Shown here one piece after another: positions 22,660-32,710 of a stretch of DNA of 64,000 nucleotides (the first letter of the stretch is position 1; each line of letters begins with the position of its first letter). The notes below the pieces were generated by a model, which did not search any database, was not told where the DNA came from, and was given only the letters and a program-made list of their open reading frames with translations. The DNA comes from Shigella phage SHBML-50-1, in the sequence record KX130864. One strand, given 5' to 3'. Position numbers and translations under genes: made by a program.

Positions 22660-23754
22660 ATGGCAATTGTTAAAGAAATAACTACTGATTTAATTAAAAA
22701 GTCCGGTGAGAAAATTTCAGCTGGACAGAGCACTAAATCAGAAGTAGTAACTAAAACATACACAGCCCAGTTTCCAACTGGGCGTGCTAGTGGTAATGAC
22801 ACTACAGGGGACTTCCAGGTAACAGATTTATATAAGAATGGATTATTATTTACTGCATACAATATGTCATCTAGGGATTCTGGAAGTCTTAGATCGATGA
22901 GATCTAACTACTCTTCTTCATCTTCGAGTATTTTAAGTACAGCTAGAAACACTATTAGTAGTACAGTATCAAAACTATCAAATGGATTAATATCAAATAA
23001 TAATTCAGGAACAATAAGTAAAGCTCCTGTCGCAAACATTCTTTTACCGAGATCTAAATCTGATGTTGATACATCATCACATAGATTTAATGATGTTCAA
23101 GAAAGTCTTATCAGCAGAGGCGGAGGTACTGCTACTGGTGTGCTAAGTAATATTGCTTCAACCGCAGTATTTGGGGCACTGGAAAGTATAACACAAGGTA
23201 TAATGGCTGATAATAATGAGCAGATTTATACGACAGCCAGAAGTATGTACGGTGGCGCTGAAAATAGAACTAAAGTGTTTACATGGGATTTGACTCCACG
23301 CTCAACAGAAGATTTAATGGCTATTATTAATATCTATCAATATTTTAACTATTTTTCTTATGGTGAAACGGGTAAATCTCAATATGCTGCTGAAATAAAG
23401 GGGTATTTAGATGATTGGTATCGTTCTACATTAATTGAACCTTTATCTCCGGAAGACGCAGCTAAAAATAAAACACTATTTGAGAAAATGACAGCAAGTT
23501 TAACGAACGTTCTTGTAGTTTCAAACCCGACAATTTGGATGGTGAAAAACTTTGGTGCAACATCTAAGTTTGATGGAAAAACGGAAATATTTGGTCCATG
23601 CCAAATACAAAGCATTAGATTTGATAAAACGCCTAATGGTAACTTTAACGGATTAGCTATTGCTCCAAACCTCCCTAGTACATTTACTCTCGAGATTACT
23701 ATGAGAGAAATTATCACGTTAAACCGTGCTTCTTTATATGCGGGGACTTTTTAA
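22660..23754 (+). CDS. 48: baseplate tail-tube junction protein gp48
   Basis: 364 aa; T4 gp48 size and position. Confidence 0.9.
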   Translation: MAIVKEITTDLIKKSGEKISAGQSTKSEVVTKTYTAQFPTGRASGNDTTGDFQVTDLYKNGLLFTAYNMSSRDSGSLRSMRSNYSSSSSSILSTARNTISSTVSKLSNGLISNNNSGTISKAPVANILLPRSKSDVDTSSHRFNDVQESLISRGGGTATGVLSNIASTAVFGALESITQGIMADNNEQIYTTARSMYGGAENRTKVFTWDLTPRSTEDLMAIINIYQYFNYFSYGETGKSQYAAEIKGYLDDWYRSTLIEPLSPEDAAKNKTLFEKMTASLTNVLVVSNPTIWMVKNFGATSKFDGKTEIFGPCQIQSIRFDKTPNGNFNGLAIAPNLPSTFTLEITMREIITLNRASLYAGTF

Positions 23755-24719
23755 TGTATTCTTTAGAGGAATTTAATAATCAAGCAATAAACGCAGATTT
23801 CCAGCGTAATAATATGTTTAGCTGCGTTTTTGCGACAACTCCATCAACTAAAAGCTCTTCGTTGATAAGTTCAATTAGCAACTTTTCTTATAATAACTTG
23901 GGTCTAAATTCAGACTGGTTAGGATTGTCTCAAGGCGATATTAATCAGGGAATTACCACGCTAATTACTGCTGGCACACAAAAACTGATAAGAAAATCAG
24001 GGGTTAGTAAATATCTTATTGGTGCCATGAGTCAACGTACAGTTCAAAGTTTATTGGGCTCATTTACAGTTGGTACATATTTAATTGACTTCTTTAATAT
24101 GGCATATAACTCATCTGGATTGATGATATATTCTGTAAAAATGCCAGAGAATAGATTATCCTATGAAACTGACTGGAACTATAATTCTCCTAATATTCGT
24201 ATAACCGGAAGAGAATTAGACCCTTTGGTTATTTCATTTAGAATGGATTCAGAAGCTTGTAACTATCGTGCAATGCAAGACTGGGTTAACTCTGTTCAAG
24301 ACCCAGTAACTGGATTGCGTGCTTTGCCACAGGATGTCGAGGCAGATATTCAGGTTAATCTTCATGCTCGTAATGGATTACCTCATACTGCGGTGATGTT
24401 CACCGGATGCATTCCAGTGTCAGTGAGCGCTCCTGAGTTATCATATGATGGAGATAACCAAATAACTACATTTGATGTTACTTTTGCGTATAGAGTCATG
24501 CAGGCTGGGTCGGTTGATAGACAAGCTGCGCTTGAGTGGCTTGAATCTGCTGCTATAAATGGCATTCAAAGTGTTCTCGGAAATAGTGGAGGTGTTACTG
24601 GATTATCTAATTCGCTTTCACGACTTAGTAGATTAGGAGGAACTGCTGGAAGCATTTCAAACATTAATACTATGACGGGAATTGTCAACTCGCAAAGTAA
24701 AATATTAGGAGCAATATAA
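23754..24719 (+). CDS. 54: baseplate tail-tube initiator gp54
   Basis: 321 aa; T4 gp54 size and position; bidirectional hairpin downstream. Confidence 0.9.
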   Translation: MYSLEEFNNQAINADFQRNNMFSCVFATTPSTKSSSLISSISNFSYNNLGLNSDWLGLSQGDINQGITTLITAGTQKLIRKSGVSKYLIGAMSQRTVQSLLGSFTVGTYLIDFFNMAYNSSGLMIYSVKMPENRLSYETDWNYNSPNIRITGRELDPLVISFRMDSEACNYRAMQDWVNSVQDPVTGLRALPQDVEADIQVNLHARNGLPHTAVMFTGCIPVSVSAPELSYDGDNQITTFDVTFAYRVMQAGSVDRQAALEWLESAAINGIQSVLGNSGGVTGLSNSLSRLSRLGGTAGSISNINTMTGIVNSQSKILGAI

Positions 24720-24722
24720 CAA

Positions 24723-24742
24723 TGGGGACCGAAAGGTCCCCA
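24723..24742. terminator. bidirectional terminator between gene 54 (+) and the alt region (-)
   Basis: TGGGGACC-GAAA-GGTCCCCA followed by TTTTTATTT. Confidence 0.6.
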
Positions 24743-24747
24743 TATTT

Positions 24748-25038
24748 TTATTTACGGAATGAAATAAAAGCAGCAACTGAAGCAACTAAACTGTCTTCAA
24801 TATAAACTTCAATTTTTACCGGAGCTTCTGACTCAAATTTACCTGTTACTACACCTTGGAAAATGCTTTCAGTCTGCTGTGGCTTTGAAAAATTTTCAGA
24901 AGGAAAAATTCCGAACTTTTTATCTGTTCCAAAAATTTTGATAAATTCATCATAAACTGCTTCATTAAAAGCGTTATCAGCAGGAATAACGCCTTCAACT
25001 ACAAGTTCTTGACCTAAAAAGCGTAAAGAAGATTTCAT
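24748..25038 (-). CDS. hypothetical protein downstream of the Alt paralogs
   Basis: 96 aa ORF, same strand as alt. Confidence 0.6.
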   Translation of the reverse strand: MKSSLRFLGQELVVEGVIPADNAFNEAVYDEFIKIFGTDKKFGIFPSENFSKPQQTESIFQGVVTGKFESEAPVKIEVYIEDSLVASVAAFISFRK

Positions 25039-25098
25039 TTTGTGTTCCTCATGTTATGTCAGTAAGATTACTATAACACAACACGAGGGACTTGTAAA

Positions 25099-27156
25099 CT
25101 ACATCTTGAACTTTTTAGACATTCCGTTGATGTTAACCAAAGAAGCCAAGATTTGAGAAACTTCGTTTTCCTCTTCTTTTGATTCTTCTACGAGGAATTG
25201 ATTAAACCCAGCCATTGGACGAACTTCGCCAGTTTCCATTAGATGATCGCCATCATATACCGATTCTTCTAATTGTTCAGAAGGAGGAACGATTGTGCCT
25301 TCGATTAGATACTTGTTATAAGCAGTTTCTTTCATAAAGTAAGTACTTACTTTATTAATCTTCAGTAAAATTCCACGTGGTAGAATAACTTCAGCTTCTG
25401 ATGGAAATCCTGATAAATGACCTGGAACGATAACTTTGATTCGCTCAGCTCCTTTAATTACCATACCCACGCTAGTTTCAGCATCTTCATTAGCATATGT
25501 AGAATGACTACCCATATGCATCAAATCTTCTGCATCAATGGAACCTTCTCCTTCACCAGAAAATACTGCGCCGGAATCATCTAGAGCCATATAGTTTTTA
25601 CCATGCTCACCGAAGATATTTGGTTTAAGCGATGTTGATACGAAGTTCTTGAAATAGAACATTTTATTTTCAATGTTATGACGCAAAGTTTTAAAGGTAA
25701 CTTCTTGCCCACGATAAAGAGTAGTTCCTGGAGGAAGAACTGAACCTTTAGCAAATGCAGAATCCAACGTCTCGATGTGTTTAATAGCTCGTTCCATATA
25801 TTCTTCACGGGTAGAATCAGGTTTACCTAAAAGGAACGAGTTCATTTCAACATATGAATCTGCACAATAATCTTCAATTACATCAGACTCAGCCTGAGTT
25901 AATCCTTTTGGAGTTACTTCAGTGCTTGCGTATTCATATGCCTGAGCGGCAGATTCATTAATCAATTTATAAATGCCATTCATGACAAATTGAATAATAG
26001 CTGTCTTTTCATCTGGTGTAGCTTTAGAACCTTTAACTAAATCATTGATAATTTTCTTAATAACATCAAAGCTATTAGAAATATTAATGTCAGCAAGATC
26101 GCTTAAAATTTTATCAGTTTTATAATCAAAGAATTCTTTATTCTTTAAATATTCTTGAGAACCTTGATATGTTATATCGCTCTGCAACTTGATAGATGGA
26201 TCACGTAAACGTGCATGGGCTAATGCAATATGATTTCGGAAACTTTCTAGTTCATAATCGTTAGATTTAAAACGAGAAGCACTTCTCATACCACCGATAG
26301 CTCCTTTGCTGAAGTTGGAACCAATCTGAATAACGCCAGAGTTCATCGGACCTTCTGCTTTATATACAGGAACTTTAGATTCAAACTCTTGATATTTCTT
26401 GGCAGCGAAGCTATCACCCTGAAGTGAAGCATCGACAGTAGAATATTGAGCTTGTGCTGCTAATCGACGACTAATTTTAGTTTTCTGAATAACAGCTTGA
26501 TCCGTGCGCTTATCATTTTCTAAGGCAATAGAAGCAGCAACAGCAACAGCTTTAGGAACAGCATTACCTGTTTTAACATCCACATAAACATCACCAACCT
26601 TTGATTCAACTTTTGTGAATAACTCAGTTGAAATAGGAGGTACACCTGGAATGTCTTCTAAATTGGCATTTTTACGGTAAACCATAATATATGCATACTT
26701 TTTATCATAATCCCAGATTTCCTTTAAAAGAACATATCGACCTGCTCCTTTAGTACGTACTAAACGGTCAGCAATAACTTGCATTTGACGAGCTGCGCCA
26801 TTTGTTTTACTTTTTAGTACGCGGAATAAGCATGCATCAATTTTATACTGTTTCATTGTTTGAAGAGCAGTATCAAAAACGGCATTAATGACACCAATTG
26901 GATTTCCACCTAAGTTTTTAAGTTTAACTAATGATAGTTTCTCATTGACACCTATCATTACGATATGCATCATTTTATCGCCTGGCTTAACGTTTTTATT
27001 TGTATCACCACCAGAGGTGTATGTACAAAATCTAAATCCAGGAAGCACACTTTCTTCGCCGGCTTGAATAGCAAAAATTTGAGGTATTTTATGCTTAGGA
27101 TTTAAGTTAACAACCGGCGCCGAAGCGCCGTCAAATAATTCTGTAATAAGTTCCAT
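25099..27156 (-). CDS. Alt-like mono-ADP-ribosyltransferase paralog (downstream copy)
   Basis: 685 aa; N-terminal ~230 aa and C-terminal ~200 aa similar to the adjacent Alt; R (YRGQ), S-T-S (FVSTSL) and E (SEAEVILPRG) ART motifs present; central region divergent. Confidence 0.85.
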   Translation of the reverse strand: MELITELFDGASAPVVNLNPKHKIPQIFAIQAGEESVLPGFRFCTYTSGGDTNKNVKPGDKMMHIVMIGVNEKLSLVKLKNLGGNPIGVINAVFDTALQTMKQYKIDACLFRVLKSKTNGAARQMQVIADRLVRTKGAGRYVLLKEIWDYDKKYAYIMVYRKNANLEDIPGVPPISTELFTKVESKVGDVYVDVKTGNAVPKAVAVAASIALENDKRTDQAVIQKTKISRRLAAQAQYSTVDASLQGDSFAAKKYQEFESKVPVYKAEGPMNSGVIQIGSNFSKGAIGGMRSASRFKSNDYELESFRNHIALAHARLRDPSIKLQSDITYQGSQEYLKNKEFFDYKTDKILSDLADINISNSFDVIKKIINDLVKGSKATPDEKTAIIQFVMNGIYKLINESAAQAYEYASTEVTPKGLTQAESDVIEDYCADSYVEMNSFLLGKPDSTREEYMERAIKHIETLDSAFAKGSVLPPGTTLYRGQEVTFKTLRHNIENKMFYFKNFVSTSLKPNIFGEHGKNYMALDDSGAVFSGEGEGSIDAEDLMHMGSHSTYANEDAETSVGMVIKGAERIKVIVPGHLSGFPSEAEVILPRGILLKINKVSTYFMKETAYNKYLIEGTIVPPSEQLEESVYDGDHLMETGEVRPMAGFNQFLVEESKEEENEVSQILASLVNINGMSKKFKM

Positions 27157-27159
27157 GAT

Positions 27160-29253
27160 TTATCCTTGAACGAACTTGTAAGGCATGTTTGTAATATCTA
27201 TGCAAGACGCAATAATTCCAAGAGATGATTCTACTTTTTGTTTAACATTTGATGAAACAAATGATGCAAAGTCAACTCTGTCTTCTATTTCAATATCACC
27301 TGTCATTGCAACTACTTCGCCGGTTTCCATTAGACGGTCACCGTCATAAATTACTGATTCGGTGAGTTCTTCCGTAGTCATAACTTCAGCTTGAATGAGT
27401 TTTGTATTATTAGATGTTGTTCCGTCATTATTAGAAGCATCAGTTATTTTATTAACTTTGACCATCAATCCGCGTGGTAGAATAACTTCAGCTTCTGTTG
27501 CTATTCCGAGACTTCCTGGATATACAACATTAACTTTATGAGCTCCATCAATTGCCCATCCTATTTGAACTTTAACGTATTCAGGATTTTCTTTATACGC
27601 TCTTATTTCGTTTGGATTAATAGTTATTCCTTCTTCATTTTTATCAACTGTCAATTCATTACGAGCTTCTGGTTCTAAAAGACCAATACCAGCATGCGTA
27701 ATTCCAAAACGTCCAAAAATGATAGGAGTTAAAGAAGTAGATACAAAATTTCTGAAATAGAATACTTTATTTTTAACTAATGCTTCGTATATAGGAGCAG
27801 TCATGCTTTGAGCACGATAAACTGTAATGCCTTCTGGTATACGGTCACCGTTTTCAAAAGCTGAATCTAAGTTATTTATAGCAGATTCAATTTCTTTTTC
27901 ACTCATTACATCATATCGTTCTGGATTGTAACGACCCAAAAGAAGATTATTGATGTCAGTATATCCTGATCCACAATACTCTCTAATGCCGCGCTTTTGT
28001 GATGGAGTATATTTAGAACCATCACGGGCAATAGTAATATCAATCATTGGACCTGCACCAATTCCAGAAAAACTATAAATCATTCTTTTGAGGAATTTAG
28101 TTTTTGCTGCGTTCCAGGAATTTTTAGTCATTTCTTCCCAGACTTCATCTGGCTGCCCTTTACGAGTTTTATTATGTTTATCAAGCCAATTATCTTTATA
28201 TTCTTCAAAGAGTTGATTAACAGCTGCTGCGTATTTCTCTAAACATTTTATTGAAGTAGTTGGTTCATTTTTAATCGCATTAAGAATTACATCTTTAATT
28301 TTTTCTGAAACTTCATCAACCTCACTTTTTGAAAAGAATTTATAGTCATAGTGAAGTTCATCTGCAGTTCCTTCGGCAATAATTTTTGCTGCCTTAGTTT
28401 TAGAAGCTAATGAATTAATTCCAAGCTTCATTTCTTCTGCTTCGGGAATTAAAGGAGCGGTAGCAGGTTTATTAAAATTAGCTGCTGTAGATTCATACTT
28501 CTGGAATAATTCACTTTCAAATCTAGAAGATTCCAATGATTGACTTTGCGCAATTGCTCTACGGGAAATTTTAACTTTAACGATTACAGCTTGGTCAGAA
28601 CGTTTATCATTTTCTTGTGCAATAGATGCTGCAATTGCCTCATTTTTAGTTACTTGAGCTCCAGTATCTTTATTGATATAAACATCACCAACCTTCGATT
28701 CAACTTTAGTAAAGAGCTCGGTACTAATTTCAGGAACTCCTGGAATGTCTTCTAATGATACGTTTTTGCGATGTATAAGAATATATGCATACTTTTTATC
28801 GTAATCCCAGAGTTCCTTAAGAAGGACGTATCTGCCACCTGAACGACTACGGATAAGTCTATCAGCAATAACTTGAATTTGTCGAGCTTGGCCAGCAGTT
28901 TTAGACTTAAGAATACGAAGCATACAAGCATCAATTTTATATTGACGCATTGTTTGCATTGCAACAGTAAAAACTGAATTGATATAATTAATTGGGCTTG
29001 GACCAAGACCTTTTAATTTAGCAATTGAACCTTTAGCAGTTAATGTAAAAGGAACAATATGCATCATTTTATCGCCCATCTTTAAATCACGATTAGTATC
29101 ACCTCCAGATGTATAGGTACATAAACGAAAGCCTGGTTGTTCAATTGCATCATCAACATGAACTGAAAAAATTTGTGGTATTTTCTTCTTTGGATTTAAG
29201 TTTGTAATCGGAAGAGTAGTATCTTCGTCAAATAATTCTGTAATGAGTTCCAT
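27160..29253 (-). CDS. alt: Alt ADP-ribosyltransferase (packaged RNA polymerase-modifying enzyme)
   Basis: 697 aa from the second ATG (MELITELFDEDTTLP...); R (YRAQ), STS (FVSTSL), E (TEAEVILPRG) motifs; late promoter box upstream on the minus strand. Confidence 0.9.
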   Translation of the reverse strand: MELITELFDEDTTLPITNLNPKKKIPQIFSVHVDDAIEQPGFRLCTYTSGGDTNRDLKMGDKMMHIVPFTLTAKGSIAKLKGLGPSPINYINSVFTVAMQTMRQYKIDACMLRILKSKTAGQARQIQVIADRLIRSRSGGRYVLLKELWDYDKKYAYILIHRKNVSLEDIPGVPEISTELFTKVESKVGDVYINKDTGAQVTKNEAIAASIAQENDKRSDQAVIVKVKISRRAIAQSQSLESSRFESELFQKYESTAANFNKPATAPLIPEAEEMKLGINSLASKTKAAKIIAEGTADELHYDYKFFSKSEVDEVSEKIKDVILNAIKNEPTTSIKCLEKYAAAVNQLFEEYKDNWLDKHNKTRKGQPDEVWEEMTKNSWNAAKTKFLKRMIYSFSGIGAGPMIDITIARDGSKYTPSQKRGIREYCGSGYTDINNLLLGRYNPERYDVMSEKEIESAINNLDSAFENGDRIPEGITVYRAQSMTAPIYEALVKNKVFYFRNFVSTSLTPIIFGRFGITHAGIGLLEPEARNELTVDKNEEGITINPNEIRAYKENPEYVKVQIGWAIDGAHKVNVVYPGSLGIATEAEVILPRGLMVKVNKITDASNNDGTTSNNTKLIQAEVMTTEELTESVIYDGDRLMETGEVVAMTGDIEIEDRVDFASFVSSNVKQKVESSLGIIASCIDITNMPYKFVQG

Positions 29254-29276
29254 CATATCCTCTCTAGTGTTTATTC

Positions 29277-29284
29277 TATTTATA
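29277..29284 (-). promoter_or_regulatory. late promoter box upstream of alt
   Basis: Minus strand reads TTTTATAAATAGAAT about 20 nt before the alt ATG. Confidence 0.55.
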
Positions 29285-29289
29285 AAATT

Positions 29290-29307
29290 AAAGGCCCGAA
29301 GGCCTTT
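29290..29307 (-). terminator. hairpin between the small ORF after ligase and the alt promoter
   Basis: AAAGGCC-CGAA-GGCCTTT. Confidence 0.5.
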
Positions 29308-29494
29308 AATAATCTATTGGTAAGAGAGTACGATATATTTCAAACTTTGGACCTTTTTCATAGGCATCAAATGTTTCTGTGAATTTATTATAAGCATATG
29401 CATCTACAAATTCGAGAATGACTTGTGATACAGAAGTAGAAACATCTCCACCTTCTTTTTGAGCAATGACAATTGTTTCTAAGTAAGCTTTCAT
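29306..29494 (-). CDS. small hypothetical protein between ligase and alt
   Basis: 62 aa ORF whose start overlaps the gene 30 stop. Confidence 0.55.
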   Translation of the reverse strand: MKAYLETIVIAQKEGGDVSTSVSQVILEFVDAYAYNKFTETFDAYEKGPKFEIYRTLLPIDY

Positions 29495-30954
29495 AGACCA
29501 GTTACCTCATGAAAATCGCCAAATACATCCTCGAATGTATTAGCTTTAGTTTTATCTTCACGTAAACGAATCGCAATCGGAAGAAATAATTTAACGTAAT
29601 CGGTGCGGCCATCAGATTTTAACCAACCATTGCATTCGCACTCTAGAATTTTTCCAATATAATAATTTTGGTTTTCCATAATGCGAGTACGGTCAAGTTC
29701 ATGCGATTTTACACCGGCTTTATCTTTTAAGCCTGAACCAGCATTTACTTTAATTTTTCCACACTCTGATTCAAGAATAAATCCACCCGCTTTAGTAGGG
29801 TCTTTACGGTGAGGATAAATTCCTACAATTTTTAAATCAACATCAATTACTTCTTTAAATTTATAAAGATTTTTTGAACGAGCATTTTCCCATAATCCAT
29901 CGATATTTTTGAGAATAATACCTTCAAGACCTTGGTCAATATACTTTTTATAAATTACCTTAGCTTCATCTAGGTTATTTACTACCTGGTTTTCAATTAA
30001 AATTACTTTATCATATCCTGATGTCATTTGTTCTAGTTTAGAAAAACGTACATCATATTTTAAACGAAACGCCGGAAGACCGTATATTTCTACCAACGGG
30101 ACATAATCCCAAACCTGAAACTTCATGCATTGAGCTTCTTTTTCTGAAATAGTTCCCTTTAAAGATTTATTGGCGATGCCATTAGATGCAGTACGTGATT
30201 CAGCTACTTCGGCGAATTCTTTAGCTTTACTAATTTCAGGATAAGCATCAAAAAGAAAATCTAGGCCTTCTGGCTCTTTTTTAACTTGCTCATGGTATAC
30301 CAATTCGCCATCAATTAACACACCTTCTGGATGAATCTGGCGGGCTTCAGCAGTCATTTTGATTAACTCTTCCTTAAGAAGATCTAATCCTAGATATTCA
30401 TTACCCGCTCGTGATAAAAGACGAACATCATCTAATTCATCGCCTCGGACTTCAGCAAAACACCGGGCTCCATCTGCTTTTAACTGCGCAAAGGCTGGAA
30501 ACTTGATATTCTTACTAATGCCCTTTTCATCATAAGAACTTGCCAGCATTTGAGGTTGTTCAGGAATTAAACCTGGCCAAACTTTATTTGCAATAGATAC
30601 TGAAGCACCGCATTCAAGGTCTCGCATCATCACTCGACGCAAAACTTCAACATCATCTTTTTTACCATCAGTGATATATCCAGTTAATTCCTCAATTGCA
30701 GCATTTCCAGTCAATTTCCGAGTAGCTAACGTGAATTCAATGAAATCAAGCATATCGGTAATGGTCAGCATTCCAAAACTCTGGGTAGCAATACCAGGTT
30801 TAGGCCATTTCTTGATATAATACTGTAACCCACGAGAATAAGTCAGACGATATACTCGTTTAAGCAATTCATTATCTTTATTCTTTTCAAGAATTGCTTG
30901 CTTCTGCTTAGTTGAACCAATAGATGCTATTTCGTTTAGAATTTTAAGAATCAT
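29491..30954 (-). CDS. 30: ATP-dependent DNA ligase gp30
   Basis: 487 aa; KADGAR adenylation motif; T4 DNA ligase-like sequence and size. Confidence 0.95.
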   Translation of the reverse strand: MILKILNEIASIGSTKQKQAILEKNKDNELLKRVYRLTYSRGLQYYIKKWPKPGIATQSFGMLTITDMLDFIEFTLATRKLTGNAAIEELTGYITDGKKDDVEVLRRVMMRDLECGASVSIANKVWPGLIPEQPQMLASSYDEKGISKNIKFPAFAQLKADGARCFAEVRGDELDDVRLLSRAGNEYLGLDLLKEELIKMTAEARQIHPEGVLIDGELVYHEQVKKEPEGLDFLFDAYPEISKAKEFAEVAESRTASNGIANKSLKGTISEKEAQCMKFQVWDYVPLVEIYGLPAFRLKYDVRFSKLEQMTSGYDKVILIENQVVNNLDEAKVIYKKYIDQGLEGIILKNIDGLWENARSKNLYKFKEVIDVDLKIVGIYPHRKDPTKAGGFILESECGKIKVNAGSGLKDKAGVKSHELDRTRIMENQNYYIGKILECECNGWLKSDGRTDYVKLFLPIAIRLREDKTKANTFEDVFGDFHEVTGL

Positions 30955-31220
30955 TGTTCATCCTTTAGAGTTTGGTTTACAGCTCTATTATAAATCAATT
31001 CATCATTAAGCTCAGTCAAAGACATGTGGTACGTGGTTCTAACTTTATTTCCTTGCATCCAGTGCTTGACGTAAATGAAACCTTGCTCTACACATTTTTT
31101 AAAAATTCGTTCGTCTTTTTGAGCTCGAAATTCTGGATTGCATCTAAAAAATTGATTTACGTGACCGTAATCACGTGTAGTATTACCTTCATTTTCATAA
31201 ATAGTGTGAACGACAAACAT
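30951..31220 (-). CDS. hypothetical protein (T4 30.1-like position)
   Basis: 89 aa ORF overlapping its neighbours by 1-4 nt. Confidence 0.6.
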   Translation of the reverse strand: MFVVHTIYENEGNTTRDYGHVNQFFRCNPEFRAQKDERIFKKCVEQGFIYVKHWMQGNKVRTTYHMSLTELNDELIYNRAVNQTLKDEQ

Positions 31221-32056
31221 TAGAATGCTCCTTGGAAAATATTATCACCACCAGTAGGTCTATTATACAAATACTCTATGCCACCAGGTTTAATATAGTT
31301 CCATGTCTGAAACGGATGCGTCTGATATGGATGATATGGATTATAAGGATTAAATCCAGGAGTTCTCCAGGTAGTATTCCAACGAAAAGAATCGTTTTTA
31401 ATCATCTTCTCGATTGCATCTTTTATAGCTTTTTCACTATCAAAACTTTCTTTATTTTCCTTCGATGGAAAAAGCTTATTCTCTACATCATTCCATGTAT
31501 AAACTCGCTGTGCAGTTTTTGGAATACTGTCACGCTCCCCTCGAGCCATCCAATAAACAGGAACATTTAATATTTCACTCGCGTGATCGCAGTGGTGAGC
31601 GAGATCGTCAATATAACAAATTACGTTATATTTCTCTTTTGCCTTTTTGAACAGCTCTTCTTTTGAAGAATCATGACTACACATCAGTACTTCTGAGAAG
31701 GCACCAGGAAAAAGAGCATTCAAATTAAATTGACGATTCAGCAGAGCGTCAATAGAATCACCCAATGCTGTAACAGCTACAAAATTATAATCTTCTTTTA
31801 ATTTGTTAATTACACACAGGGCATCTTTATATGGAGACAAGTAACGAATAAAATCTGAACGATTATATTTTTCAATTAACTTGACACCAAGTTCTTCATC
31901 ACAATTAAAGAGTTTACCAGGAGAAATAAATTTCTCATCTTGGATCATTTTTAAAATATGTTCTAACGGAAGATTATATTTCTGAGCAAAATAAGGAAGG
32001 CCTGATTGCCAGCTTAAACATACTCCATCAATATCAGTTAAAATAGTAGGCTTCAT
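31220..32056 (-). CDS. putative HAD-superfamily hydrolase with Pro/Tyr-rich C-terminal tail (T4 30.2-like position)
   Basis: 278 aa; N-terminal ILTDIDGV (DxDG motif I); C-terminal NPYNPYHPYQTHPFQ low-complexity segment. Confidence 0.6.
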   Translation of the reverse strand: MKPTILTDIDGVCLSWQSGLPYFAQKYNLPLEHILKMIQDEKFISPGKLFNCDEELGVKLIEKYNRSDFIRYLSPYKDALCVINKLKEDYNFVAVTALGDSIDALLNRQFNLNALFPGAFSEVLMCSHDSSKEELFKKAKEKYNVICYIDDLAHHCDHASEILNVPVYWMARGERDSIPKTAQRVYTWNDVENKLFPSKENKESFDSEKAIKDAIEKMIKNDSFRWNTTWRTPGFNPYNPYHPYQTHPFQTWNYIKPGGIEYLYNRPTGGDNIFQGAF

Positions 32057-32517
32057 AGAGAGTCTCTTAATAGGTTTAACACATCAATAAATTCAGCTTC
32101 GGTTAGTATTGTATCATCTTTTGTTAGACCACTAGCCATGCTGTGCTTCAAAACTTTTCCTTTCGAGGCTTGTAATGCATCACGAAAGCCCTTGTTTTGA
32201 ATCGCTGCTTCAAAATATGCATTTGTGTATAATTCTTTCCACGCCGGGGAGTATCTTGAAAACGGAACTCCAAGCCAGAAGAGGGTCCCACGGTCCTGAG
32301 CTCTAGCATAAGACCTTCCAGCTTGTTGAGCGGCAAGCCCGGATAACCCAAATATACGACGTTGTTGTTCAACGTTTTTCACCTTGCATCCTTGGAGGAA
32401 TCCTTCAAGACCTCCAAATTGAATACCATCCATAACGAAAGGCCATTGGGCGAAATTACTTAATGCACATGATGGCCACCTAAAATTACTTCTAATCTCT
32501 AACTCAGACATTTTCAA
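32053..32517 (-). CDS. putative NADAR/YbiA-like (DUF1768) protein (T4 30.3-like position)
   Basis: 154 aa; ALSNFAQWPF..DGIQFGGLEGFLQGCK resembles the NADAR signature (LSNF...EHYFQA-type). Confidence 0.55.
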   Translation of the reverse strand: MKMSELEIRSNFRWPSCALSNFAQWPFVMDGIQFGGLEGFLQGCKVKNVEQQRRIFGLSGLAAQQAGRSYARAQDRGTLFWLGVPFSRYSPAWKELYTNAYFEAAIQNKGFRDALQASKGKVLKHSMASGLTKDDTILTEAEFIDVLNLLRDSL

Positions 32518-32710
32518 TGCTTATAATTTCAACATCAGCCCAATGACCATAGCAAGGAAGACGAAATTCAACTGGCCAGTTAGGGTCCTTTTCTAATATA
32601 ATAGACTCAACTCGTGGTTCTTCATGTTCATCAGTATATGGATTTTTATCTGTTACTTTATATGTGACCTTAATGTACTGAATTCCAAAAATCTTATTAA
32701 TTATATTCAT
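32504..32710 (-). CDS. hypothetical small protein
   Basis: 68 aa ORF in operon context. Confidence 0.5.
   Translation of the reverse strand: MNIINKIFGIQYIKVTYKVTDKNPYTDEHEEPRVESIILEKDPNWPVEFRLPCYGHWADVEIISIENV

Noticed and set aside
31232-31650. Plus-strand ORFs 30972-31223, 31232-31570 and 31465-31650 opposite the 30.1/30.2 genes
   Set aside because: Antisense to a coherent minus-strand operon with coupled overlaps; no promoter or RBS support.
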